Of a stretch of 64,000 bases of DNA, positions 1-16,801 are shown piece by piece. Source of the stretch: Dictyostelium discoideum (Eukaryota); assembly GCA_000004695.1 (NCBI GenBank), contig CM000152.2, forward strand, positions 5,024,001 to 5,088,000, given 5' to 3'. Position 1 is the stretch's first letter, and the number at the start of each line of letters is the position of its first letter. The position numbers and the translations under genes are program-made. The notes beneath the pieces were generated by a model. It did no database searches. It was given only the letters and a program-made list of their open reading frames with translations, and was not told the DNA's origin.

Positions 1-1642
1 CACCAACAGAGGTGATGAATGGTGATGAAGCTGGATAATCTGGTTGGAAGAGGGTACCAGCATCTTGATCATAAGAGTAACCAACGATCTTGAAACCAGC
101 ATCACTATCAGAGTATGGTTTTAATTTGTCACAAGTACAGCTAGAGTAGATGTGGTAGTTTTGTTGAGTATCTTGTTCGAGGGCGACTTGACATTTAGAG
201 TTTGAGCTAACAAATTCATTGATACCATTGACGATATTTTGGTTTTGTAACATAGATTGACAAGTGTTACTTTCTGAACCCATTGGGAAGAAACATTGAG
301 TACCGTTGCTTTCCATGATGGTAATCATTGGACATTGAGAAGATTTATGGTTACATCCACCTAATGGGCAGTATTGTTTGGTACCATCGATTGGACAGTT
401 ACCAGAGGCAGCACCAAAACTTGGTGCACCATCATCACCAGATGAAACAAAGACTGAAACACCACGTAAACCGACTTTTTGGAGTTCAACATTTGAACGA
501 GCAACGTAGACAACAGAGTCAATACCAAGAGTAGAACAGCTGTTTGTAATTTCACATTGTTCAACTTCAGCCCAACCGTATGAGATTGAAGCAATCTTTG
601 GAATTGGGTTGTATTGTTGGATGGCAGTAGCCCAATCAATGATCCATTCACCATTACCTGATGAAAGGAAGAGAGTGGTGATATTGTTACCGATGGCAGT
701 CATATATTGAACGTCGAGATCAGATTCCATTTGATCACAGTTTTGGGCAATACAGTTTTGACCAACATTTTTAACTCTAACAGTTGATGAATCAATACCG
801 AATTTTTGATCAAAGAATTGTAAGGCACCTGATGAATAGAAATCAGAGAAGGCAGCAATTGATTGGAAGTTTTCTGATTCAACACCAATTTGACCGGTTG
901 GGATACCATAGTATTGTTTAATGACTGCTGGAGTGATTGAAACGGTTGAACCTTGAACTTGCTTCTTGGTGGCTCTCATTGATTCACTCATTTTGTTATC
1001 TTCAATGAAATCTGATAAACCTAAAACTAAATCAACTTTTGCTAAAACATGCATTGGCATAGATGCTTGACCTACAACTCTAATTCTCTTAAGAGCAGTA
1101 CGGCTTGATGAGTAGTGAGCAAATGAAGTTTCGAATAAAGTTGAAGCTTTACCAACATTGGTTCTAACTTGGATGAAATCAGAGTGAACGATCATTTCAT
1201 TCTTTGATAAACCATTGTCAATTAACCAATTAACAACAACTTTAACATCTTTTGGTGATGGTGCAACAATTGAATCAATTTCTTCTTTTGATAAAAATTT
1301 ACCATAGTTTTCTGATTTTGGTGATGAAACATCCCAGAATTTCTCTTCTAAAATATCTAAATTTCTCTTTTAAATTTTAAAAAATAAAAAATAAATATTA
1401 GAAATTTATTATTATTTTTAAAAAAATAAGTATAATAATAAAAAAAAATTTAAATTTAAATAACTTACTTGTTTTAATAAAATTTTGAATTGAACTAATT
1501 CATATGATTTGGCTAATTTATTTTGAACAAAATGAGCTGGTGCAGAAGTGACATCAGCAATTGGGACACGTTGGACACTGATTGCTGATGCGAGTGCAAC
1601 AATGCTTAATAATAATAATAATAATGAAGTCTTTGAAATCAT
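1..1642 (-). CDS. Sedolisin (peptidase S53) / tripeptidyl-peptidase-like protein, N-terminal part; the gene runs off the left edge of the window. Exon 1 is 1642..1469 and exon 2 is 1366..1 on the minus strand.
   Basis: ATG at 1642 (minus strand) opens a signal peptide, MISKTSLLLLLLSIVALASA. A GTAAGT donor at 1468 and an AAAAG acceptor at 1367 define a 102-nt intron. Exon 2 keeps an open frame to position 1 and encodes an S53 pro-domain and catalytic-domain start (…RIRVVGQASMPMHVLAKVDLVLGL…, …SVFVSSGDDGAPSFGA…), which are typical sedolisin motifs including the SGD(D/S)G oxyanion-hole region. The catalytic Ser region lies outside the window. Confidence 0.75.
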
Positions 1643-2436
1643 TTTTATAAATATATAAATAAAAGTTTTTTGGATAATGAAAAAAAAAAAAATGAAAACA
1701 ATTGTTTTTATACTTTTTTTTTTCAAAAAACGAAAAAAAAAAAAAATCAAAATTTTCCAAAGAATTTTCCAATTGTTTTTTTACGAAAAAAAATAAAAAG
1801 ACTTTTCTTTTTTGTTTTGTTTTTGATCTAAAAAATTTCAGTGAAATAATTCCGAGTTTCGATTCCACCGTATTGATTCTTAACGTGTAATAATAATATT
1901 AATATAAAATTTTCCCAAACTTTTCCAAATAATTCTTAATATTTTTTGGGTCAAAAACAGATTAGTTTGAAAATTATTTTCACTTTTCAAATCTTTTTTT
2001 TTTTTTTTTTTATTTTTTTGAAACATCCAAAGAAACCCTAATTAATTTTTTTTAACAATTTAAAACAAAACGTCATAATTTAAAATATCTTTATTTTTTT
2101 ATTTTTATATTTTTTTTTTTCTTAATATAATTTATGCTCCAAATTAAAATTAAGAAAATTACTTTAACTTTTAACTCACTTTTGCCTCAACTTTTTTAAA
2201 TTCATCCACATATTTTTTTAATTTAAATGTTTTTCTTCTTTCTTTTTTTTTCTTTAATTTTTTTTTTTTTTTTTTTTTTTTTTTTCAAAACAATCAAAAA
2301 TATCAATTAAAAAAATCTTATCTTAGATAACCGCACATCATAAAAGAATTTTTTGTGGAAAATGCATTCGAAAATTTGAATGTCAAAAAAAAAAATTAAA
2401 AAAAAAATAAAAAAATAATTAAAAAAGTGTTTTACA

Positions 2437-2505
<69 letters not shown>

Positions 2506-3548
2506 TTTTTTAAAACAAGGATTCAATTTTAGTAATACGGATTTATGCCATAAAATATAAAAAAATGAATATATAACCATTCTGTTTTTTGGGTTTTTTT
2601 TTTTTTTTTTTTTTTTAATAACCAAATTTTATTTTTAGGATTTAATTATTTACTATTCATTTTTTGTAATTGTTTTTTATTTGAACAATGAGTAGGGAAT
2701 AAATTCATTAAGGTGGAGAATTTACAAATGTACATATCAAATGTTATATAGGTGTTTTGATTTAATGGGAATAAATTACCAAGACGATACATGTACTGGG
2801 ATAATGGGTATGGCTTTCATTAAATTCAAAAAATAATAACCAGAGACAATTTCAAACCATAAATTCATCGTTACACTTGCTGACAACACAAAAGATGATA
2901 AATTAAGATATATTTTATAAAATTAACCCGTCATTGATTTCAACCAACCCAAATGAATTCAATCGTGAGGATATAGTTGCTTATGATGGGAATCATGCTT
3001 CTATTCAATATTTACATACAATTTGGTTTTAGAGTTTGGAAAATGGTTGGTTCAAATTAAATATGCTATATTATCGATATTTACCAAGGTAAAAATTTAG
3101 TTTTAGAGGGTGGAAATAAATAAACCATTGGGCAGAGAATAGTGTTGCGGATGGTCGAAGTTTTTTTTTTAAAAAAAAGCATCCTTATCAACTTTTTTAT
3201 GATAATTATTTTTCAATTGTACCGCTCACTATGAAATTATATTAAGATCATAATTTTTTTCTACAAGCAAAAATAATAGAGTTAGATTACCAAGATCTTC
3301 AATGTCCACAGCAGAAATACCTCAAGATGGATACTTAATACAAAAAAATTTTTAAGAGTAAATAATTCTAAATTATCCAATATCATTTCAAAGCCTCAAT
3401 TCATTTATAAATAAACAAAAAATCAATAACATTGTTTATTCACAAAATAATAATAATAATTTTAAATCTTTTTTTTTTTTTTTTTTTTTTTGAAATTTTA
3501 TTATTAAATATTTAATGATTAAAAAGTAAATGAGTTTTTTTTTTTTTT

Positions 3549-4395
3549 TTAAAGTTTTTGATTATATTCAAGAGTTGGTAATCTTGGATGTAAACCTTTT
3601 CTTTTTCTAACTGATGAAGCTACAGTTGACCTTTTATTTTGACCAAATATACCAATTGAACTCGAATGGTCAAAAACACATTGAGGGAAAGCTTGACCAT
3701 CAGTACTTGTGCGTAAATCAGCAGTGTAACCAAATGATTCCATTATAGGAAGATAAGCTTTGATATTGAATAATGGAGTACCAATACGACGTTCTTCACC
3801 AATGACTACACCTCTTCTACGTTGTCCTGGGCATGATTTGATTCCTCTGAAATGGATTCACAAAATGATACTACTGGATCTGAGGTAATAATTTCAATGC
3901 CTGCATGATCTCCTGCAAGATATTTAGGACAAATTTCTAAGTGAAGTCCACCTGTACCTTTTGATAATATGTTCACCGGATGTTTCAAGAAATTGATCCA
4001 CCCCAACCAATGATATTACCACATGGACAACCTTGTTTACAAATAAAACTGGTTTAATACTTGACGTAAAACGGTTTCGGTTTGTATACAACTTAAAGAC
4101 AATCGATAACTACCAATGCATCGGTGACACAAAGTGCTGCTGCTAATACAGATCTAAAATCAACATGACCTGGTGAATCAATAAGATTGATTAGGAATTC
4201 GTGTGAGCTACAGCCAATAGGCAATTTTTCATCTAGTATTTTAAAGTGAAGAGAAACTGATCACTTTGTGGTAATACCACCTAATAGTTCATATAGACGA
4301 CATGGCATATATCCTGCATTACCAGATACCCTTTCAGTAATAATACCAGCTCTTTGAATTAATGAGCCAGTAAGAATAGTTTTACCATGACCAAT
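3549..4395 (-). pseudogene. Processed pseudogene of elongation factor 2 (EF-2 / efbA-like). It is intronless, frameshifted and internally deleted, and is followed by a poly(A) tract.
   Basis: Minus-strand translation gives EF-2 N-terminal segments (SIGHGKTILTGSLIQRAGII…, [13 protein letters not shown]…AAAL.VTD.ALVV.D) that are broken by frameshifts and stops. It then jumps to EF-2 C-terminal segments ([41 protein letters not shown], …GTPLFNIKAYLPIMESFGYTADLRTSTDGQAFPQCVFDHSSSIG…VRKRKGL…). A stop codon is followed by about 20 nt and then A17 on the minus strand, which is the T-run at 3535-3551 on the plus strand. No introns are present. Confidence 0.8.
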
Positions 4396-5046
4396 ACTTT
4401 TTTTTTTTTTTTTTTTTTAAGAAAGAGAAATTATTGTACAAAGGCAAACTAAAGTTTGGCCAATGTAGGGAAATATAAAGTTTAAGTTTTATTAATATTG
4501 TTTTGTATATTTAATTATATTAATTATTTATATGAGAAAATTAAAAAATTTGCTTAAAGGCACAAAAAAAAAAAATTAAAAAAAAGAAAAAAAAAAAAAA
4601 ATGATTATTAAAATAATTTGTTACTTGTGCTATTAGATTGGATTCACAATTTTTTTTAAAATATAAACTAGAATAGTTATTCTTTGGTTTAAACTTTCAT
4701 TAAAATCTGGTGATATAGAATTTTTCTATTGATAATATTGGATATTGGTATTCAAACTTTAATAAATAAAAAAAGAGTTATAATACACATATTATAATTT
4801 TGTTGCAATGCTAAATACTTTTATAAAAAAATAAAATAAAAAAATATTTCTCCAACTTCAAATGAGAGTGATGATCAAGAAGTAAACCATGATGATGTTA
4901 TCGATTCCACTATAAAAGATTTAGCTTTAAAGAATCCATTACATGCGATTTGTTTGTTGGTACCTCTTTAAAGCTCTTGGAACAATTAAAATAAAAAAAA
5001 AAATTTTATTAATTATTTAATCTGTTTATTATTAAAGGTAAATAAT

Positions 5047-6146
5047 TTATTCAACTTTGTTTAACTTTTCTTGACGTCTTGAATTTGATTTATAAGAGTC
5101 ATAATAGAATTTACCAAAAAGAATGATAAAGAAGGAATTGATGGTGTTTGAAACAATTGCTGGACTTAATGGTGCTTGACATTTTTCTGAATCACGGATT
5201 ACGAACCAATAGCTAACCATTGCTGTACCAGTAAGGAATTGAACAATTTGTGCTTTTGTAATATATTTCTTGAACCAACATGGATTACCCAATGTAGTTT
5301 GGAGATAGTAATAATACATTAAAACTAAAATTAAAAAAATAAAATAAAATAAATAAATATAAATAAAATTTTAAAAATTATTAATAATCAAATGGGTACG
5401 TAAAAGTAAAATTGAAAACAATTTTAATACGTTTCTTTTTTTGATTTAAAATAAAAAAAAAAAAATTACATACCATGAATAAAACTATTTACTAATGTAC
5501 ACCACCAACTACCAACTAACCATTGGTCATGAAGCCATTGCCATGTTACTGGTACCATTGCCATATGATGGAAAATATGTAAAAAGATGATTGGCTTTTT
5601 CTTTAAAGCTAAAATGACAGTGTCAACCAATTCATAGTATTTTGATAAGTAGAAAATGTAGATCCAAAAACCAATTCTACCTTGTACAGATTGACTTGAT
5701 TGTTCGCATACCAATGAAAATGCACCTTGCTCTAAATATTGTTGGTATGCTGCATACATAACACCTGACATCATTGAAAATGATAATATAATTAAATTAA
5801 TGTTGTGAATAATTGAGAAACCTTTTAAAACCATTCCTTTTTTATTTTTCATTATTGCCTATAAAATTTATTTTTTAAAATTAAAGTATTTATTTTTTAA
5901 TTAAAAAATTATTTTTTTTTTTTTAAAAAATTAATAAATCATTATTATTATTATTTTTTTTTTTTTTAAAATTTGTTGGTGTTAAAATTGATCACATACT
6001 TGTAAAGCGAAAATGACCAAAACATAAATTACAGAAGTTGAGAATGGGAATACATAACTTGAAAGTGGAGTTACACCACTTTCCCAACGAAAGTTGGCGG
6101 TATATTGATCAAATGCAATGAGATAATTTTTTACAATATCCATCAT
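5047..6146 (-). CDS. ELO/GNS1/SUR4-family fatty-acid elongase with three exons: 6146..6000, 5858..5474 and 5324..5047 on the minus strand.
   Basis: Exon 1 reads MMDIVKNYLIAFDQYTANFRWESGVTP…FALQ and ends at a GTATGT donor. Exon 2 carries the ELO histidine box KKKPIIFLHIFHHMAMV and ends …NSFIHG before a GTATGT donor. Exon 3 begins VLMYYYYLQ…, the HxxMYxYY region, and ends at a stop at 5047-5049. Total length is 810 nt, or 269 aa, with all phases consistent. Confidence 0.75.
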
Positions 6147-6540
6147 AAAATGGGCTCTTTATTTTGGTGTGATCGAAAAGCTGAATAAAAAAAAAAAAAA
6201 CTTTTTTCTCAACATTGTTTTTTTTTTAAAAAAAAAAATCAATTTTGTGACTTTTTGAATATTAAGGTTTAGGAAAAAAATAAAAAAAAAATAAAAAAAA
6301 ATAATTAAATTTTTTTTTTCAATCACGTTTTTCATTCCAATGACGATAGAATTTATAAAATTTAGATATTTTTTTTTATGTTAAAATAAAATAATAATCT
6401 TTTTTTTTTTTTTTTTTTTTAATCTATAAAATAATTTTTTAATCTATTTTATACTCTTTTTTTAAAAAATAGATAATAGAAAATTATTAATAATTTTAAA
6501 TTATTTTGTTGAAAAACTAATCATAATTAATTAATATTAA

Positions 6541-6775
6541 TTTTTTTTTTTTTTTTTTATTTTATTTTTTTTTTTTTTATTTTATTTTTTTTTTTTATTT
6601 TATTTTTTTTTTTTATTTTATTTTTTTTATTTTATTTTTTTTATTTTATTTTTTTTTTTATTTTATTTTTTTTTTTTATTTTTTTTTTTTTATTTTATTT
6701 TTTTTTTTTTATTTTATTTTATTTTTTTATTTTATTTTTTTTTTTTATTTTATTTTTTTTTTTTTTTTTTTGGAT
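6541..6775. repeat. Tandem T-rich repeat of the form (T)n-ATTTTA.
   Basis: About 15 consecutive units of tttttttttt-attttatttt are visible directly in the sequence. Confidence 0.9.
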
Positions 6776-6912
6776 TAAAAATGATAATTTTATTTTTTAC
6801 TTAATTCCAATTATTAAAAAAGTTAAATTAATGGTAATAGTGTCCATTATCAGGAAAATTTTAAAATTTTAAAATTTAAATTTTATTTGTTTGTTTGTTT
6901 GTTTTTTTTTTT

Positions 6913-11144
<4,232 letters not shown>

Positions 11145-11196
11145 TTTTGTTATTTATTATTTATTATTTATAATTTATAATTTATTTATTTATTTA

Positions 11197-11249
<53 letters not shown>

Positions 11250-12439
11250 CAATATTAAAATTTTATTAGTAAACAATTATGAATAAAGTAAGAAAAAAAA
11301 AAAATAAAATGAAAATAGAAAAAAAAATTAAATAGAGAGAAAAAAAAAAATTTAATAATCACACATACATTAATAAAAAAAAATTAAATTAAAATTTTGT
11401 TTTTTTTGTTTTTTTTTTTTTTTTTGTGCCACATTCAAATATAGATAAAAAATGTGTGTGAGTGCGAATTTAGGGGTTAACATATTTTTATTTTTTTTAT
11501 TTTTTTTTTAATTATTTTCCTATTTTTGGATTTTGATGAAGATGGGACCACCAAATATTAAAAAAAAAAAAAATTAAAAAAATTAAAAAAAAAAAAAAAA
11601 AATAAAAAGTATTAAAAAAATAAAAATAAAAAATGTGAAAAAAAAAAAAAAATAAAAAAACCATTAATATTGGACAAAATGAGTGTAAAAGTGTGTTAAT
11701 TTTATTTACCAACTGTGATAGTTGGGTGTGGTCAAAAAAAAAAAAAAAAAAAAAAAACCCTTTGGAAGAGAAGAAAAATGATTATTAATTCCCAGAACAA
11801 AGATTTTCCTTGTAATACTTAAGGTTAATTAAGTATTATTAGGACCAGAAAAATATTTCTACTTAGAATTAATAATCACTTTACCTCAAACCCTAAAAAA
11901 AAAAAAAAAAAAAAAATTTTTTTTTTAATTTGATTTGGGGCAATAGAATTATTTCATAAAATTAATTCAAAATAGTATTTTTTTTTTTTTTTTTTAGATT
12001 TGTTTTTACCCTTAGCATACCTATACTTAAAAAATAAAAAAATTAAATTAGTTGGTGTTTTTTTTTTTTGTTTTTTTTAAAATAAGAAATAATATAATGA
12101 AACAATCAGTTATTATAATTTGAATCAGCAAAATTAATTAAGAATGTATTAATGTATTTGTGATTATAATTCATCATAGTTTCAAAACAAAATAAAAATA
12201 TCAAAAATAAAAAATAAAAAAGAATAATAAAAAAATAATTACCTTATACAATTAATAATTGATCAACTTGAACTAAACACGACGACGGTTGTGAATGAAA
12301 TAAAAAAAAAAAAAAAAAAATTGGAAAATGAAAAAAAAAAAAAAAAAAAAAAAATTAAAAAAAAAAAAAATTAAAAAAAAATTCAAAAAAAAAAAAAAAA
12401 ATATTAAAAAAATTATTACAAACAAATATTTACCAAACA

Positions 12440-12509
12440 ATGAATCCAAAAGATAAAAGAGTTAATTTTGGTTCTATGGAACCTTTAATAAGAGGTATAA
12501 ATATATTAT

Positions 12510-12546
<37 letters not shown>

Positions 12547-13036
12547 AAATATTAACCATTATTTTTATTATTATTATTTTTTTTTTTTTATTTTTTTATT
12601 TTTTTATTTTATAGATATTGGTACAGTTTATGAATTTTATTTTGATCAAAATACATTTATAGAATCAGAAATAAAAACATTTTTAAAAGAATTTGAAACA
12701 AAGAGAGGAGATAGAGATTTATATTCACTTTCACAACAAACCATAAATGCAAATAATACAATTGTAAATATAAATAGATCAATTCATCAATCAAGTCAAT
12801 TCCTTGAAAATATTAATAATAATTTAAATCAAATAAATTCAAAGTTATCAACTCAAGTTGAAAATGAATCAATTCATCAAGAACAAAGAAATAATGATAG
12901 ATTAAATAAATTTGAATTGGAATTAGTTGAAAAGAAATCAATTGAAGATTCATTCAATCAAAGAAAATCACAAATTGAAAATGATTTCAATGAAAAAGCA
13001 TCAGTCCTACGTGACAAATATCAAATTGTATTATAA
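12440..13036 (+). CDS. Small coiled-coil protein of unknown function with two exons, 12440..12494 and 12615..13036.
   Basis: Exon 1 reads ATG…MNPKDKRVNFGSMEPLIR and ends in phase 1 before a GTATAA donor. A T-rich 120-nt intron ends in TTTTATAG. Exon 2 reads DIGTVYEFYFDQNTFIESEIKTFLKEFETKRGDRDLY…NDFNEKASVLRDKYQIVL*. The protein has heptad-like, Asn/Gln/Glu-rich coiled-coil character and no family could be assigned. Confidence 0.55.
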
Positions 13037-13214
13037 ATAAATTAAAATAAAAAAAAAAATAAAAAATAAAAATAAAACACATATAAAATATCTTGAAAAA
13101 AAAAAAAAAAAAAAGGTGGTGAAAATTTTTACAGTGCGCAAAAATAATTATTTTTTTTTATTTTTTTTTTTATTTTTTTTTTTTTATTTTACAAGATTAG
13201 TAATAATAATAAAA

Positions 13215-13808
13215 ATGACATCAAGACCATTAATTTTAGGATCATCATCAATATGGAGAAAACAAGTTTTGATTGATATGGGATATATATTTAAAACCAT
13301 GTCACCTGATATTGATGAGAAAGCAATTAGAGATTCTGATCCAAAAACATTGACATTATTAATTAGTAGAGCTAAAGCTCAAGCATTATTAAAGAGAATT
13401 AAAGAATCTGATGATGAATTAGATAAAAAGTCAATTATGATTTGTTCAGACCAAGTTATAGTTCACAATGGTGTCATTAGAGAGAAACCAGAGACAGAGC
13501 AACAATGTAGAGAGTATTTACAAAGTTATGAATTCCATCCGGCTGTTGCTGTCGTTAGTGTGGTAGTTGTAAATATTGAAACTGGTAAAATCGTTGAAGG
13601 TACTGATATTGCAACTCAACATTTTAAAAAGATCTCTGACGAGTTTATTGATAAATTAATTAAACAAGGTGATGTTATGCATTGTGCTGGTGGTTTCACT
13701 GTTGAACATATGGCTGATTTCACTTTACAATTAGAAGGTGAAGTTGAAACTATTTTAGGTTTACCAAAAACATTAACTAAAAATTTAATTAGTCAAGTTT
13801 CACAATAA
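13215..13808 (+). CDS. Maf-like nucleoside-triphosphate pyrophosphatase (Maf/ASMTL family).
   Basis: ATG at 13215 gives MTSRPLILGSSSIWRKQVLIDMGY…, which matches the Maf N-terminal motif LILASxSPRR. Further on, …CSDQVIVHNGVIREKP… is characteristic of the Maf fold. It is a single exon of 197 aa. The ORF-track start at 13116 falls in the upstream poly-T/F junk. Confidence 0.8.
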   Translation: MTSRPLILGSSSIWRKQVLIDMGYIFKTMSPDIDEKAIRDSDPKTLTLLISRAKAQALLKRIKESDDELDKKSIMICSDQVIVHNGVIREKPETEQQCREYLQSYEFHPAVAVVSVVVVNIETGKIVEGTDIATQHFKKISDEFIDKLIKQGDVMHCAGGFTVEHMADFTLQLEGEVETILGLPKTLTKNLISQVSQ

Positions 13809-14244
13809 TAAAAAAAAAATAATAAAATTAAAAAAAAAAAAAAAAAGATTATTATTTATTATTTTGGTTTTTTTAATCATTTTTTTTTTTATTTTTTTTT
13901 TTATTATTATTTTTTTTATTTTTAAATTTTTTGTGTAGGAAATCTTTATCTTATTTATTTTTTGAAATTTAAGATATTATTAACAAATCTTACGGGGTTG
14001 GGGAAAATTTTTTTTTTTATTTTTTTATTTTTATTATTTTATTTTTTTATTTTTATTTTTTTATTTTTTTTTAATTTTTTTATTTTTTTTTAATTTTTTT
14101 TTTTTTGTTAAAAGTTAGGCAAAAACACCAGGACTTTAAAAAAACACTGCTTTTTTTTTTATATTTTTTTATTTTTTTTTATTTTTTTTATTCATATTAA
14201 TTCTGAATAGGATATAAAAGTAATATTACAAATAAAAAAAAAAA

Positions 14245-14513
14245 ATGATTAAATCATTTTATTGTAATGTTTTAATTGTATTATTAATTGGATTGATTGG
14301 TTGTATTTTTGCTTCACCAACAACAATTTCAGTAACTCCAGGTATAGTTGAAAATTCAAATGACCAAGTTATTATTAGTTGGAGTGGTATTGTAAAACCA
14401 ACAACAAATGATATCGTTGCAATTTATTCCCCATCAACTGCAAGTGTAACTCATCCATGGGGTTATATTAAATTATCACAATCTTCATGTAAGTATTTTA
14501 AAGATATTTTTAG

Positions 14514-14563
<50 letters not shown>

Positions 14564-16197
14564 AAAATAAAACCAAGAACAAAATCTAAAATATTTTTTA
14601 ATTTTTAATTTTTAATTTTTAATTTTTTTAAAAAATAAAAAATAAATAAAATAAAGCATGGAAAAGTGGATCAGGATCAGTTTCATTACCATTATTAAAT
14701 GTTAGATCAGATTATATTTTTAGAATTTGGTCACCAGTTGTAAATTCATCATCACCACAATTAAATATTTTCCCAAATGTTACATTAACATTATTGGCAA
14801 CATCAACAGCAGTAACATTTAAGAATCCAAATGCACCAGATAAGTCATATTTAGCATTTACAAATAGTACAAGTGAAATGAGATTAATGTGGATTAGTGG
14901 TACTAATGATTCACCAATTTGTTATTATTCAAGTGATCCAAATTCATTAAGCAACTCTGTGACAGGTATAACAGTGACCTATGCAATTAGTGATATGTGT
15001 GCATCACCAGCCAACGAGACTAATTACTTTAGAGATCCAGGTTACATTCATGATGTTGTCATGACAGGATTATTACCAAATACAACCTACTATTATTATT
15101 TTGGTAGTGAAAATGATGGTATGTCAGCTATTCAATCATTTTTATCACAACCAGATAATAGCGACCCATCAAATTCCGAAGCATTTGTAATTGGTTTTGG
15201 TGACCTTGGTACCACATTTCCTTATACAGCATTGGTCGAAACTCAATATCCAGCAAGTGAAACAATTGCAGCAATTTCCCAAACCATTAGTGCACCATAT
15301 GGTTCATCACCATTTGTTAGAGCAATGGGTAAACAAAGTAATTCAATCGATAGATTAGATCCAAGTCAAACACCATTTTGGAGTGTTCATCACATTGGCG
15401 ATATCTCTTATGCTAGAGGTAAAGCATTCATTTGGGATTACTTTATGGATTCTATGCAACCAATCGTCTCAAAAGTACCATACATGGTATCGATTGGTAA
15501 TCATGAATACGATTTCATTGGTCAACCATTTGCACCATCTTGGTCAAACTATGGTAGTGATAGTGGTGGTGAATGTGGTGTACCATACAGTAAGCGTTTC
15601 CATATGACAGGTGCAGAGGATTCAACTCGTAACCTTTGGTTCTCCTATGAGAATGGACCAATTCATTTCACTGTAATGTCAGCTGAACATGATTTCCTTC
15701 CAGGTAGTCCACAATTTGAATGGTTAAATAATGATTTAGCATCAGTTGACCGTGAAAAAACTCCATGGGTAATCTTTAGTGGTCATCGTCCATTATATAC
15801 CTCTGCATTACCAGAGGATTCAATTGGTTCAATCACAGCTCTTCGTGAAGCTATTGAACCATTATTCCAAAAGTATGATGTTGATATGGCATTATGGGGT
15901 CATGTTCACATCTATGAACGTACTTGTGGTTTCATTGGTAATTTCACTTGTGCTGATAATGATAATGATGGTACCGTTCATGTTATCATTGGTATGGCTG
16001 GTAATACTTACTCTGTACCTTGGGAAGGCTCTGATATTAGCTCTGGTAATGGTCACGAAGATGAACCAGAATGGTCAATCTTTAGAAGTATCTCTTATGG
16101 TCATGTAAGATTCTATGCAAATACAACCTCACTTTATTTTGAATTTGTTGGTAATCATAGATCAATTGTTCATGACTCTTTTTGGTTAAATAAATAA
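14245..16197 (+). CDS. Purple acid phosphatase (metallophosphoesterase) with signal peptide, two exons, 14245..14488 and 14657..16197.
   Basis: Exon 1 reads MIKSFYCNVLIVLLIGLIGCIFASP…KLSQSS before a GTAAGT donor. A 168-nt intron ends in ATAAAG. Exon 2 carries all the purple acid phosphatase metal-ligand motifs: GFGDLG, IGDISYA, IGNHEYD, FSGHRP and WGHVHIYER. Total length is 1785 nt, or 594 aa. Confidence 0.85.
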
Positions 16198-16292
16198 ATT
16201 AAATAAATAAATAATAAATAATATAAATTATATTTTTAAATAATAAAAGATTTAAAAAAAAAAAAGAAAATATATATATATATGTTATTTTA

Positions 16293-16323
<31 letters not shown>

Positions 16324-16352
16324 ATAATAATAAAACTATTTATTTTATTTTA

Positions 16353-16770
16353 TTATTTCTTTTTTGTTGAAGATGGTTTTAAAGAATGAGGACCAATACT
16401 GCTTTTTGGTTTAGTATTTGGTGTTGTTTTCTTTAATTTTTTAGCATTATCAGCATTTCTAATACTTTCTAATAAACTATTTCTACTAGATGATGATGGT
16501 GGTAATTTTGATGAAGAAGGTGGCGGAGGAGGTGGTGGCGCAGATTTTGGAGGAGGTGGAGGTGGTGGTGGCGTAAATGTTTGTAATATTGGTGTTTTTG
16601 GTGGTGATGATATTAAACTTGAATTTGGTGAAATTGTTGAAGTTGATGGTGATGATGGATTATTATTATTTGATAAATTAAAACTATTATTTAAAAGTGA
16701 AGTTGAAGAAGGTAATTTCATACTTTTTCTTTTATCGTCATTACTTGATATATTATTAAATGTATTGCTA

Positions 16771-16801
<31 letters not shown>

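Noticed and set aside
328-909. ORFs 328..534 (+), 361..654 (-) and 700..909 (-) inside the sedolisin exon.
   Set aside because: These are alternative-frame or antisense readings of exon 2. The sedolisin frame is the only one with family homology and it runs uninterrupted to the window edge.
1418-2625. ORF-track ORFs rich in F, K or I at 1418..1750, 1554..1868, 1702..1890 and 2419..2625.
   Set aside because: These are translations of homopolymer A/T tracts and AT-rich intron or intergenic DNA. The only real coding sequence here is the 174-nt first exon of the sedolisin gene within 1469..1642.
11512-11712. Poly-F ORF at 11512..11712, and similar poly-K/F ORFs at 18831..19049, 22928..23113, 40182..40370, 50525..50713, 56274..56498 and 62692..62895.
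   Set aside because: These are homopolymer intergenic tracts with no start context, splice signals or complexity.
15383-16108. ORFs 15383..15607 and 15779..16108 (+), and 19641..20036 (+) with 19783..20109 (-).
   Set aside because: These are out-of-frame or antisense readings within the purple acid phosphatase and ADH3 exons and have no independent support.
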